DNA of 63,967 nt, filler included, from Octopus bimaculoides (taxonomy: Eukaryota), in assembly GCF_001194135.2 (NCBI RefSeq). It is 7 parts of 7 records of this genome, joined end to end, with 100 filler letters (N's around TTAATTAATTAA, not from the genome) between each part and the next. Parts side by side here need not be neighbours in the genome. Positions count along the whole stretch, not along the records: positions 51,330 to 58,533 come from NC_069007.1; positions 58,634 to 62,753 come from NC_069002.1; positions 62,854 to 63,967 come from NC_068989.1; 4 more parts are not named here. The stretch is one strand, 5' to 3'. Positions 51,975 through 63,967 of the stretch are shown here, piece after piece. The notes below the pieces were generated by a model, which worked only from the letters and a program-made list of their open reading frames with translations, searched no databases and was not told where the DNA came from. Position numbers and translations under genes: made by a program. Position 1 is the stretch's first letter. Every line of letters starts with the position of its first letter.

Positions 51975-52170
51975 TACTAAAGGCACAAGGCCTGACGTTG
52001 TGTGGTAGGTGACTAGTCGATTTCATCGTCCCCAGTGCTCAGTTTGTAATTATATTATCAACCCGGATAGGATGAAAGGCAAAGTCAACCTCGGCGGTAT
52101 TTGCACTCAAGCCGTAAAGCCGTGCGAAATGCTGCTAGGCTCTTTGTCCGGCGTGCTAACAATTCAGCCA
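51975..52170 (-). mobile_element. Decayed SINE B
   Basis: aggatgaaaggcaaagtcaacctcggcgg...ggcgtgctaac. Confidence 0.75.
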
Positions 52171-52339
52171 TCTTAAAGCATTTCTAGACAATATTCCTGA
52201 TATTGCTATGTTTTCCATAGCACTATTGTTATTAAATCCGTTTAATTTAGCATAACGCATTAGATTAAACCCATCGAACAAAGGAGATGTGCATTAGATA
52301 CTTACATACTAAATTCTCAAGGCTAAACAAAGAAAATTA

Positions 52340-52600
52340 TAAGAGGTATTTTTTCCTATGCTCCGCGAATCTTTAGATAAGGAATTTCAAATAATGTTCC
52401 CGTTTCATAGATTTCCTGGACAACGTTGATACCTGCACACAGTATTGGTTTGTTCTCGTGGTCAAAAGCCTTCTTGTCGATATACGGATAACACTTCTCA
52501 AATTGGTAGAAGACGCTACATTCGATAAAGTGGTCCTATGGGAGGTTGTCGAAATTGTTTTGAGCTGGAGCCTCGAGCTGATGCAGGGATTGTCTAAAAG
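52340..52600 (-). mobile_element. Decayed LINE RT fragment, probably L1/Tx1
   Basis: Minus peptide AQNNFDNL...IE...IDKKAFDH resembles the DN-H...DxxKAFD RT motifs. Confidence 0.4.
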
Positions 52601-53965
52601 TAACACGAAAACTATTTTTTGTCAGTGTATTTGTGTATATGTGTGTGCATACATATATGTGAGTGTATGTACTATAATCTGCGTAATGGATTGTAAGAGC
52701 GCACTAGTGATTATGTGGGCGTGTGTGTGTGCGTATGCGTGTATGTATGTATAGCCATGAACATATTTTAGCATGTAATTCATAAAAGATGCCACCCCTA
52801 CAACCCTTGGTACTCTCTTCCCCAGCTTCTATCTCATATACATTCATACGTATAATCACAATGGGGTATATGCATGTGTGAGTATATGTATATATTCATA
52901 TATGTTGACGTGGGTGCATTTGTTCCTGTATATATTTAAATACATATGCATTTTATGGAAAAAGTATATATACATATATACATACATATATAGGGATACG
53001 TATACATATAAATAAATATATAAATTTCTTCACGGACAACTAAATAGTACTTGCTATTATGTATACATAAATGTACATTTGTAATGTATATACACATACG
53101 TAGATACATACATATGCATATATATATATATATANNNNNNNNNNNNNNNNNNNNNNNNNNNNNNNNNNNNNNNNNNNNNNNNNNNNNNNNNNNNNNNNNN
53201 NNNNNNNNNNNNNNNNNNNNNNNNNNNNNNNNNNNNNNNNNNNNNNNNNNNNNNNNNNNNNNNNNNNNNNNNNNNNNNNNNNNNNNNNNNNNNNNNNNNN
53301 NNNNNNNNNNNNNNNNNNNNNNNNNNNNNNNNNNNNNNNNNNNNNNNNNNNNNNNNNNNNNNNNNNNNNNNNNNNNNNNNNNNNNNNNNNNNNNNNNNNN
53401 NNNNNNNNNNNNNNNNNNNNNNNNNNNNNNNNTATGTACACACAGTTTTCTGTATATCTATGTGCGCTTACCTATGTTTTCCACTAAGTTTTCTTCTTGA
53501 ACAACAATAGCCAGTCCCTCTCCTTTGTTATATTTCTACCTCCTACTACCCCCACACTTCCTCCAACATACTCCATTTTCCTCAACATACTCCATTCATT
53601 CGCACATATTTTTTCATTTATTTATCTATGTCTTTATATTTTTATTCCCATATGTTGTTGTTATTTTTTGGTTCTCCTTTTTCCTATATTCCTCCTCATC
53701 ATTCCACTGTTATTGATTTATAATTCTTGAAAGAATAAGGAAAAGAATCAAAGCTGGAAGCACACAGAAATGGCTGCCATCAAATTTATGTCTTCCCGTT
53801 CAATGAACCTCTCTCACACTGTTCATCATCAACTTGCTTACTTGGCCTTCTTCCACCATATATATCATTGATGCCTTTCAATTCAACTGCCTCTGTATCT
53901 ATGGCTCTCTCTGTGTCTCAGTCGCTGTATGTGTGTGTGTGGATATATGCATGTGAATATATATG

Positions 53966-54010
<45 letters not shown>

Positions 54011-54608
54011 NNNNNNNNNNNNNNNNNNNNNNNNNNNNNNNNNNNNNNNNNNNNNNNNNNNNNNNNNNNNNNNNNNNNNNNNNNNNNNNNNNNNNNNNNN
54101 NNNNNNNNNNNNNNNNNNNNNNNNNNNNNNNNNNNNNNNNNNNNNNNNNNNNNNNNNNNNNNNNNNNNNNNNNNNNNNNNNNNNNNNNNNNNNNNNNNNN
54201 NNNNNNNNNNNNNNNNNNNNNNNNNNNNNNNNNNNNNNNNNNNNNNNNNNNNNNNNNNNNNNNNNNNNNNNNNNNNNNNNNNNNNNNNNNNNNNNNNNNN
54301 NNNNNNNNNNNNNNNNNNNNNNNNNNNNNNNNNNNNNNNNNNNNNNNNNNNNNNNNNNNNNNNNNNNNNNNNNNNNNNNNNNNNNNNNNNNNNNNNNNNN
54401 NNNNNNNNNNNNNNNNNNNNNNNNNNNNNNNNNNNNNNNNNNNNNNNNNNNNNNNNNNNNNNNNNNNNNNNNNNNNNNNNNNNNNNNNNNNNNNNNNNNN
54501 NNNNNNNNNNNNNNNNNNNNNNNNNNNNNNNNNNNNNNNNNNNNNNNNNNNNNNNNNNNNNNNNNNNNNNNNNNNNNNNNNNNNNNNNNNNNNNNNNNNN
54601 NNNNNNNN

Positions 54609-54656
<48 letters not shown>

Positions 54657-55424
54657 CTATATGAAATATATGAAATGCACATAAAACGTATTCATATATA
54701 TGTATTTAACCATACATACATATATACATGCATATATATATAGAATGGGAGTGAATGAGAGAAATAGAGAATTATTTGTGTGCTTGTGTATTTGTGAGTG
54801 TGTGTGTGTGTGTTTGTGTGTCTCTGTGTGCGTGTGTTCATAAGATTATGTGTTTCAATGTCTTCGTACGTATAACCGTAGCGTTCGTCAATGCATGTAT
54901 TTTCTTGTTAGATAGTTTTGTAGATGAAGGTTTGCCTGAAAGCGTCACGGTATGTTAATGCGTTACTGGTGTTATACACATGTTCATGTGTCTGTGTCCG
55001 TGCATGCGTGTGTGTCTGCATGTCTATGCACATCTGTGTGTGTCTGCTTGAGTGTTTCTGTGGCCGACTGTATGCGCATGAGTGCATATGAATGCCTGTT
55101 CGTTATGTTAATCCTTGTGATATATTGTTTATGCATATAAATGTGTTTGCCTGGGTTTCTCCCTGTGAATTTCTGCAGATTAGTTCCTAATTATCTTAAT
55201 GTATTTAAATAGGCCTATTTCAAAATATGAAGTAGAGAATTCTCAACGGTCTCCTGCATGGCTAGCATTTATTTTAGCATTTTTTGATTTACTTCCACCA
55301 CCGTAACTCAAGCACACTAATGCTAACTTCAGACGTAAAATTGCTACCGTTCTTCCAAGGACACAGCCATCCTCATCATTGGTGGTCCTCTGGAAAGCCT
55401 ATTCTGCACTATATATATATATAT

Positions 55425-55600
55425 ATATAGTAGATCAAACAGGGGACAACCGATGAAGGGATTTTCTTTATGTTGCTTGTCTCGTTTCTCAATTTGTTTC
55501 TGTCGTTGTTCGAAAAATGTTCGCTTTCCATGTTTTACTTTTTCATTTAATTCCCGTTTTCTTGACGTCCTGTACCCATATATGCATGTGTATATACATA
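55425..55600 (+). mobile_element. Second copy of the 25.6-26.0-kb Penelope-like family
   Basis: ggggacaaccgatgaagggatt...gttgttcgaaaa...cctgtacccatatatgcatg. Confidence 0.7.
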
Positions 55601-56059
55601 TATATGCAGGTATGTGCATATATGTATGTATATATGCATATATATTATATATATATATATATATATNNNNNNNNNNNNNNNNNNNNNNNNNNNNNNNNNN
55701 NNNNNNNNNNNNNNNNNNNNNNNNNNNNNNNNNNNNNNNNNNNNNNNNNNNNNNNNNNNNNNNNNNNNNNNNNNNNNNNNNNNNNNNNNNNNNNNNNNNN
55801 NNNNNNNNNNNNNNNNNNNNNNNNNNNNNNNNNNNNNNNNNNNNNNNNNNNNNNNNNNNNNNNNNNNNNNNNNNNNNNNNNNNNNNNNNNNNNNNNNNNN
55901 NNNNNNNNNNNNNNNNNNNNNNNNNNNNNNNNNNNNNNNNNNNNNNNNNNNNNNNNNNNNNNNNNNNNNNNNNNNNNNNNNNNNNNNNNNNNNNNNNNNN
56001 NNNNNNNNNNNNNNNNNNNNNNNNNNNNNNNNNNNNNNNNNNTATATATATTGTTTATG

Positions 56060-57452
56060 CGAAAAACAAGATATGTATCAACACTGTAGCCGTCCTAGTT
56101 ATACGTTATAGCTACAATATTCTTAACTAGACTTTAAATTAACTAATCAAAATAGACTGGAAAACAAGAAAAATAATGACAGGATTTGGGATGCACCACC
56201 CAAAATCGGACATAGAAGGGCTATATATACAACGTATCAAGGCTGGTAAAGGCCATATACAGCTAGAAATCTATTTCAAAATAACCACCATAGGTCTACA
56301 GCAGCTAGTAACAGTAATGCAAATAGCTACAAAGCACGAACAAAACAAAAATTGTTTTCAATCTTTAAGGAAGATGATAAATACGAAAAACAAGTCACAA
56401 TTGCTAACACCTATGAAGAAAAAGAAAAACAAGAAAAGTTGTAAAACAACTGAAATCCAAACTAAATCTGGAACAGCAACGGATTATGATAAAACGATGG
56501 CAAGAAAAGCCCCTTCGTGGCAAATATTGGGTTGAGCTAAACAGAAAAGAAATAGACAAAGCAAACTCCCAACAATGGCTTAGAAGCTCAGGACTCAAAG
56601 CAGAGACTGAAGGATTTTTGATTGCAGCACAACATCAAAGCCTTCTCAACCGGAATCATGAAAAACACGTAAGGAAAAGAAATACAAGAAAAGTTGTAAA
56701 ACAACTGAAATCCAAACTAAAACTGGAACAGCAACGGATTATGATAAAACGATGGCAAGAAAAGCCCCTTCGTGGCAAATATTGGGTTGAGCTAAACAGA
56801 ACAGAAATAGACAAAGCAAAATCCCAACAATGGCTTAGAAGCTTAGGACTCAAAGCAGAGACTGAAGGATTTTTGATTGCAGCACAAGATCAAAGCCTTC
56901 TCAACCGGAATCATGAAAAACACGTAAGGAAAAGAAATACAAGTAAATGTAGAATATATGGTGATGGAGAAGAAACAATAAATCATATTGTTTCTGTCTG
57001 CCCAGTCCTGGCTAAGAAGGAATATATTCACAGAAACGACACTTTGGAATAACAACAGAAAAAGGTTGGTATAGGCACACGCCAGAAAAGGTCACAGGAA
57101 ATGAGAAAGCAACCATACTTTGGGTTATGCCAATACATGCAAATAGAGATATTAAGGCCAAAGACTGAATATAGTTGTCAGAGATCACCATGAGAAATAA
57201 TGCTTTCCAATCGATATATCAATACTAACAGATGTCAATGTTTCTTTAAAAAAAAAGTAAAATGTTCTTGAAAGAGATGTAACTCGAATGCTGAGTTTAA
57301 AAACAGAAACTTTTCCTCTCATAATGGGCGCATTAGGTATGATATAAAAAAATTCATACAAATACATAGCAAAAACAGGACTTACAAGTATATATAACAT
57401 ACAGAAAATAGCAATACGAGGAACCGCACTCATCCTACGTAAAACAGTTTCA
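56060..57452 (+). mobile_element. R4/Dong-type LINE remnant (RT end, CCHC knuckle, RLE nuclease) with a 255-bp internal tandem duplication
   Basis: MHHPKSDIEGLYIQR; WLRSSGLKAETEGFLIAAQ(H/D)QSL twice; CRIYGDGEETINHIVSVC; decayed RLE region ending IQKIAIRGTALILRK. Confidence 0.9.
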
Positions 57453-57464
57453 GTCTTTGGTTGT

Positions 57465-57845
57465 TGGCACTCCGTCGCTTCCGACGTCAAGGATTCCAGT
57501 TGATCCGATCAACGGAACAGCCTGCTCGTGAAATTAACCTGCGAGTGGCTGAGGACTCCACAGACACGTGTACCCTTAACGTAGTTCTCCGGGATATTCA
57601 GCGGGACACAGTGTGACAAGGCTGACCCTTTGAATTACAGGCACAACAGAAACAGGAAGTAAGAGGGAGAGAAAGTTGTGCTGAAAGAGTAGAGCAGGGT
57701 TCGCCACTATCCTCTGCCGAAACCTCGTGGAGCTTTAGGTGTTTTCGGTCAATAAACACTCACAACGCCCGGTCTGAGAATCGAAACTGTGATCCTATAA
57801 CAGCGAGTCCACTGCCCTAACCACAGGGCCATTGCGCCTCCACAC
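57465..57845 (-). mobile_element. SINE family D, full length
   Basis: Colinear with 46985-47360. Confidence 0.9.
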
Positions 57846-59201
57846 NNNNNNNNNNNNNNNNNNNNNNNNNNNNNNNNNNNNNNNNNNNNNNNNNNNNNNN
57901 NNNNNNNNNNNNNNNNNNNNNNNNNNNNNNNNNNNNNNNNNNNNNNNNNNNNNNNNNNNNNNNNNNNNNNNNNNNNNNNNNNNNNNNNNNNNNNNNNNNN
58001 NNNNNNNNNNNNNNNNNNNNNNNNNNNNNNNNNNNNNNNNNNNNNNNNNNNNNNNNNNNNNNNNNNNNNNNNNNNNNNNNNNNNNNNNNNNNNNNNNNNN
58101 NNNNNNNNNNNNNNNTATATATATATATGTATGTATATATATTTATGTTAGCAAATGTTTCTTATATTTTCTATTCTGGGTTACTTTTACATCACATCAT
58201 TCACCATACGTTAATATTTATTTCTTTATTTCTACGCATCGGACTGTTTCAGATATACTAAATATAGCAACTGCACAATGCATGTTGATTTACTTACCGA
58301 AAAGCAACAACTCGCTTTGCTAATGCTCCAAGATTCACATTTGATAAAGCACATGAGTTGCAAATCCTCCAAGATGTTTCTTCATTTGCCATTGTGAGAT
58401 AAGGGTGACACAAATCAAATCTGTAAACGTTGCCCCAGCGCAACTTAGCTAACAAGATACGTGCTTATATGCATATATATTTATGTCTGTGCATATACAT
58501 ATACATAATACATACATACATACATACATATATNNNNNNNNNNNNNNNNNNNNNNNNNNNNNNNNNNNNNNNNNNNNTTAATTAATTAANNNNNNNNNNN
58601 NNNNNNNNNNNNNNNNNNNNNNNNNNNNNNNNNGTACGCTCAGATGCATGTCGGATTTGCTCTGCGCAACTGTACTAACAATAGGCTTTTAAAAGAAAAG
58701 TCATTGAACGTTTCGAAGAAGCACATGATGGAGTATAAATAGATAATTAAGGAATCTGCTGTGAGTACTTGAGTAGTCTTACATTGCGACTCAATGGAGT
58801 GGTGCCTCCATGACTCGGAACGTTTGATAGCTTGGCAGACAATTTATTCCGCACACGAACATCAACGCATACGCACACACGCGCAAACACATACGTATAC
58901 AGAGAAAGAGAGCAAATAGATTTATATTCAAAGATGCATACAAGCATATGTGTGTGTGTGTGCGTTTTTGTGTGTGTCTGTGTCTGTGTGTGTATGTATA
59001 TGTGTGTACTTGTATGCACATACATATAAATTCAATATACTTATGCATAATCATACACATGTGTGTATTAATATTTGTGTGCTTGTTTCTGTGAGTTGCG
59101 TTTATGATTGTATACGTATTTATAGATAGATAGATATGTATGCATATGTATGAATAAATGTGTGTGTGTGTGTGTGTGTGTATGTGTGTGTGTGTGTGTG
59201 T

Positions 59202-59711
59202 AGGCGCGGGAGTGACTGTGTGATAAGTAGCTTGCTTTCCAACCACATGGTCCCGGGTTCAGTCCTACTGCGTGGCACCTTGGGTTTCTACTATAGCCTC
59301 GGGCAGACCAAAGCCTTGTGAATGTATCTGGTAGACGGAAACTGAAAGAAGTCCGTCGTATATGTATGTGTGTGCATATGTGTGTGTGTGTGTGTTTGTA
59401 CCACCACTATCGCTTAACAACCGATGATGCTGTGCTTACCATCACGTAACTTAACGGTTCGGCAAAAGAGCCCGATATAATAAGTACTAGGCTTACATAG
59501 AATGTCCTGGGATCGATTTGCTCGAACGAATCGACAGCAGAACTTATTCTTTGTAAGCCTTTCAGTTTCCGTCTACCAAATCCACTCACAAGGCTTTGGT
59601 CGGCCCCAGATTACAGTAGAAACACTTGCCCAACGTGCCACGCAGTGGGACTGAACCCGGAACCATGCGGTTGGTAAGCAGGCTACTTACCACACAGCTA
59701 CTCCTGCACGT
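59202..59711. mobile_element. SINE A (+, 59202-59540) and SINE A head (-, 59559-59711) in convergent inverted orientation
   Basis: gtagacggaaactgaaag on the plus strand versus tttcagtttccgtctacc. Confidence 0.88.
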
Positions 59712-60647
59712 ACATATATATNNNNNNNNNNNNNNNNNNNNNNNNNNNNNNNNNNNNNNNNNNNNNNNNNNNNNNNNNNNNNNNNNNNNNNNNNNNNNNN
59801 NNNNNNNNNNNNNNNNNNNNNNNNNNNNNNNNNNNNNNNNNNNNNNNNNNNNNNNNNNNNNNNNNNNNNNNNNNNNNNNNNNNNNNNNNNNNNNNNNNNN
59901 NNNNNNNNNNNNNNNNNNNNNNNNNNNNNNNNNNNNNNNNNNNNNNNNNNNNNNNNNNNNNNNNNNNNNNNNNNNNNNNNNNNNNNNNNNNNNNNNNNNN
60001 NNNNNNNNNNNNNNNNNNNNNNNNNNNNNNNNNNNNNNNNNNNNNNNNNNNNNNNNNNNNNNNNNNNNNNNNNNNNNNNNNNNNNNNNNNNNNNNNNNNN
60101 NNNNNNNNNNNNNNNNNNNNNNNNNNNNNNNNNNNNNNNNNNNNNNNNNNNNNNNNNNNNNNNNNNNNNNNNNNNNNNNNNNNNNNNNNNNNNNNNNNNN
60201 NNNNNNNNNNNNNNNNNNNNNNNNNNNNNNNNNNNNNNNNNNNNNNNNNNNNNNNNNNNNNNNNNNNNNNNNNNNNNNNNNNNNNNNNNNNNNNNNNNNN
60301 NNNNNNNNNNNNNNNNNNNNNNNNNNNNNNNNNNNNNNNNNNNNNNNNNNNNNNNNNNNNNNNNNNNNNNNNNNNNNNNNNNNNNNNNNNNNNNNNNNNN
60401 NNNNNNNNNNNNNNNNNNNNNNNNNNNNNNNNNNNNNNNNNNNNNNNNNNNNNNNNNNNNNNNNNNNNNNNNNNNNNNNNNNNNNNNNNNNNNNNNNNNN
60501 NNNNNNNNNNNNNNNNNNNNNNNNNNNNNNNNNNNNNNNNNNNNNNNNNNNNNNNNNNNNNNNNNNNNNNNNNNNNNNNNNNNNNNNNNNNNTATATATA
60601 TATATATATATATATGAGTGTGCATAGATGTGTGTGTGTATATATGA

Positions 60648-60723
<76 letters not shown>

Positions 60724-60789
60724 TTTAGTTTCATTCGATTATCTATGTTCATGCGTTGACGAGAGAGAATATATTGTTGACAAGACCCA

Positions 60790-61150
60790 CGTGTAATTGT
60801 TGATAACAATCCCAGTTGGAGTGCCCACATCAACAATAAGGTTGATATAGCTCGTAGGATGAGCTCCTGGACCTTAATAACCTTCCGGTCCAGAGAACAA
60901 GGTGTCATCATTCCACTTTTCGCCTCCTTTGGACGGTCACACTTCGAATACTGCTGCCCTTTGTGGTCTCCCCATACAAAACAACATCTCGAAAATTGAA
61001 TCGACCCAGAGGGCACTCACTAAACGAATTGAACGCATGACTGATCTCGATTACTGGGACCCCGTTAAAGCCTTGAAACTCTACTCACTCCTGCGCCGCT
61101 GCGAGCGGTACATCATTTGTACGATGTGGAGAATATACCGCATGCATTGT
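60790..61150 (+). mobile_element. CR1/L2-type LINE RT C-terminal fragment
   Basis: VIVDNNPSWSAHI...RSHFEYCCPLWSPH...KIESTQRALTKRIERMTDLDYW..LKLYSLLRRCERY with frameshifts. Confidence 0.88.
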
Positions 61151-61229
61151 GTGTTTGTGTGTGTCTGTGTGCGCGTAATTGTTTGTGCGTTTGTGCGTGA
61201 CTGTGTGTATGTTTCCGTCTATTAAATTC

Positions 61230-61335
61230 CCGCGCAACACATTGGTCGACCCGGTGCTATAGTAAAAGATACTGAAGGTGCCGTCGCAGTGAGCCTGAAA
61301 CACAAACCACATGGTTCCAAAACAAGCTTCTTAAC
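61230..61335 (-). mobile_element. Decayed SINE A head
   Basis: ggtatggctgtatggttaagaagcttg...accatgtggttt. Confidence 0.65.
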
Positions 61336-61507
61336 CATACAGCCATACCTGCACCATTTTCTTTCTTTCTTTTGTTCTTTTTTGTTTGCTTTTTTTTCTC
61401 TTTTTTCTGTATTTCTTTTTACCACAGACTGGTCTCTTGTTTCCCTTGATTTACTGAACTCTCCTGCAATGAATGACAAATTCGACCAAAGCAATATTTT
61501 GTTGTAG

Positions 61508-61580
61508 GACTTGAGCTCAGAGCATGAGAGAGGGAGCTCAGAGCTTCAAGGAGGGAAGCAACTGCATACAACGCATCATT
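61508..61580 (+). other. Candidate 73-nt exon of an unidentified transcript
   Basis: ttttgttgtAG|GAC...CATT|GTAAGT; one open frame (DLSSEHERGSSELQGGKQLHTTHH); no homology recognised. Confidence 0.25.
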
Positions 61581-62471
61581 GTAAGTGGCGCCCTCTACCG
61601 TTGCTCTCAGCCGCCATCAACCACCGTCATCTTTTTTCGTTTCTGTTTTTCTTCTTTCCTTTTATTTTAACAACAAACTCGTCTCTTGCTTCCCTTGAAG
61701 ATCTGACTTCCTGAACTCGCTGACTCGTACCAAAATATGAAAAGTTACTATAATCTGCGTTGTTTTGTTTTTCTCTTCATTGTTTTCTCGAATCTTCGAT
61801 GTGAAGATGATTGTTGCGAGGTCGAGATCATTCTTCTGTCGGAAGATCAGAATTAAAAACGTTCCACTGAAAATGGTGAGTAAATTTGGGAAACAACCTC
61901 ACTAAATGAAGTCAAAGTTGAAACGGATTTTTTTCTTTCTTCTCCCTCATTTTTTCTTTCCCCTCTTTCTATCTTTCTTTATTAATTATTTTGTTTCCTT
62001 CCTGATTATCAAGTTATATAAAGGATGTTATTAATTAATTAGACAGTTTGGCTACAAATTTTCAGTCTGCTCAAAATGAAAGGCTGGCAGTTTAACGTTT
62101 ATTGTTTTAATTTTTATTTTTATTTCATTTTAATATTTTTTAATCTATTTTCTTTATAGAGGGGGGATAAAAAAAGAAAGTTATTGATTATCATATTGAA
62201 TTTTCTTGCGACACACACCTCCCAAACACTACCCTTAACCTCAAGCAGACACAGACACAAACACACAAGTATTTTTTTTTATGGAAAAGAAATAACATAC
62301 AATTAATTTTGCTTGAATACAATATGGGCGCATGCCTGTGGTTAGAAAATTACTTTTGTCATCAGGTGAGATTGGTCTTCTGTTCGATAATGTTTGTTAA
62401 AACTATGGTAACGGAACAGTCATACGTATACACACACACAAACACAAAGACACACGTACGCAGAAACATAC

Positions 62472-62512
<41 letters not shown>

Positions 62513-62704
62513 GAGAGACAGAGACAGAGACGGACAGACAGACAAACAGACAGATATACAGACAAACAAAGAGAGAGACGCAAAGAGAAACAGACATGAA
62601 GAGAGAGACATATATGTACATAAACATATACATATATGTATATACATGTAAGTATATTTGAATATATAACTGTATATATGTATATATATATACATGTATA
62701 TATG

Positions 62705-62753
<49 letters not shown>

Positions 62754-62853
62754 NNNNNNNNNNNNNNNNNNNNNNNNNNNNNNNNNNNNNNNNNNNNTTA
62801 ATTAATTAANNNNNNNNNNNNNNNNNNNNNNNNNNNNNNNNNNNNNNNNNNNN

Positions 62854-62889
<36 letters not shown>

Positions 62890-62933
62890 TGTGAATGCAT
62901 GTATATATATGTACATGTATGTTTGTGAGTGTG

Positions 62934-62967
<34 letters not shown>

Positions 62968-63117
62968 ATCAAATAACAGCTAAGTCTGATTTTCACTTTC
63001 TATCAATTGCAATTTTTAGTACATTCATGCATTACACAATTATCGGCTTTCTACAGAGACAGTCATCCACCACAGTTGACAACTTTGCTGAAATGGTTAG
63101 GTTTATGCTTTAAATAC

Positions 63118-63266
63118 CTCCCAATGGGCTCCAGCAGGCTGAATCTTATGAACTGTATTTTGACCAATCAGTATGTGGCTTAGACGTCACGGTTTGGTGA
63201 GCGCGCCAACTAAGTTCTAATTGTATTTCAACCAATCAGTATGCGGCTTAGACTTCAAGGTTTGGT
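63118..63266 (+). promoter_or_regulatory. Candidate CCAAT-box cluster in a duplicated 45-bp module
   Basis: gaCCAATcag (63164) and aaCCAATcag (63232) in 40/45-identical repeats; third CCAAT at 63121; gacgtca CRE-like site. Confidence 0.35.
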
Positions 63267-63967
63267 TCGCACATCAAGAATTCTTGACTTTGACTGCACC
63301 TAAAGAAATAATTGTTTTGCTATATTTTGGAATGTAATAAGCAACATTCCCGTTTTCATTGAATTCTATTGTTACTATTTCAGAAATGTTTACATTTCAA
63401 TCAAGTCAATGTTCATATGGCCAGCATTAATTACTACCATCCTCACCATCGTATTTATTATTATTGTTGTGAATGGTGGCTGTGGTAGCAGTAGCAACAG
63501 CAGTAATACTTGTTATATTATTATCAGTATCAACACTATAATTATAACTATTACTATAATCGTCCGTTTAAAACAGGTTTGAATTTATCAAATTCAAACT
63601 CACTGAACTACAATTAGGGGAGATCATAAAGACTTTACCTAATTGGCAAACTAGTAAAAAATGTGTGCTTATGTCAGAGAAGCTATTAAGTAATGAGTTA
63701 TCATGATGGTGAAGTATAGCGACCAATTGTCTGGAAGACAATTTACTGACAGGGTGGTTAGTGCTGTGCAGGGCAGCCCCACAAGGTACGGACCAGGATA
63801 AGGTCTAGGAGATATTCACATATTTCAGGTGGTGTATGAGATGTTGAGAGTTTAGAGGCTACATTTCAGAATAATTTCAGATGAGCCAGGTCGCGGTGCC
63901 TGAAATCAACTGTGCCGCTTGTATGGAAAGAAAGTGTGCGAATATATGTATATGTATATATATATAT

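Overview
Repeat-dense, largely non-coding animal DNA with many N gaps. The SINE types, microsatellite load and 100-bp 44N-TTAATTAATTAA-44N spacer gaps suggest an octopus (coleoid) draft assembly; this is inferred from recognition, not from a search. No host protein-coding gene can be called with confidence, and almost all long ORFs in the track are microsatellite or N artefacts. Recognisable content: at least four tRNA-derived SINE families (my labels A-D), decayed LINE fragments (two R4/Dong-type, one RTE, one CR1/L2, one probable L1/Tx1), mariner remnants and MITEs, one hAT MITE and a possible Helentron-type element. The most interesting signal is a set of small non-coding retroelements carrying minimal type-I hammerhead ribozyme (HHR) motifs. 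A ~336-348-nt tandem monomer occurs at two loci (13.9-14.4 kb and 36.5-37.1 kb; the second has a 13-bp TSD and a 5' inversion), with an older relative at 1.4-1.7 kb. Two further HHR-bearing elements lie at 23.9 kb and 30.5 kb. They look like retrozymes or Penelope-derived non-autonomous elements; activity is untested.
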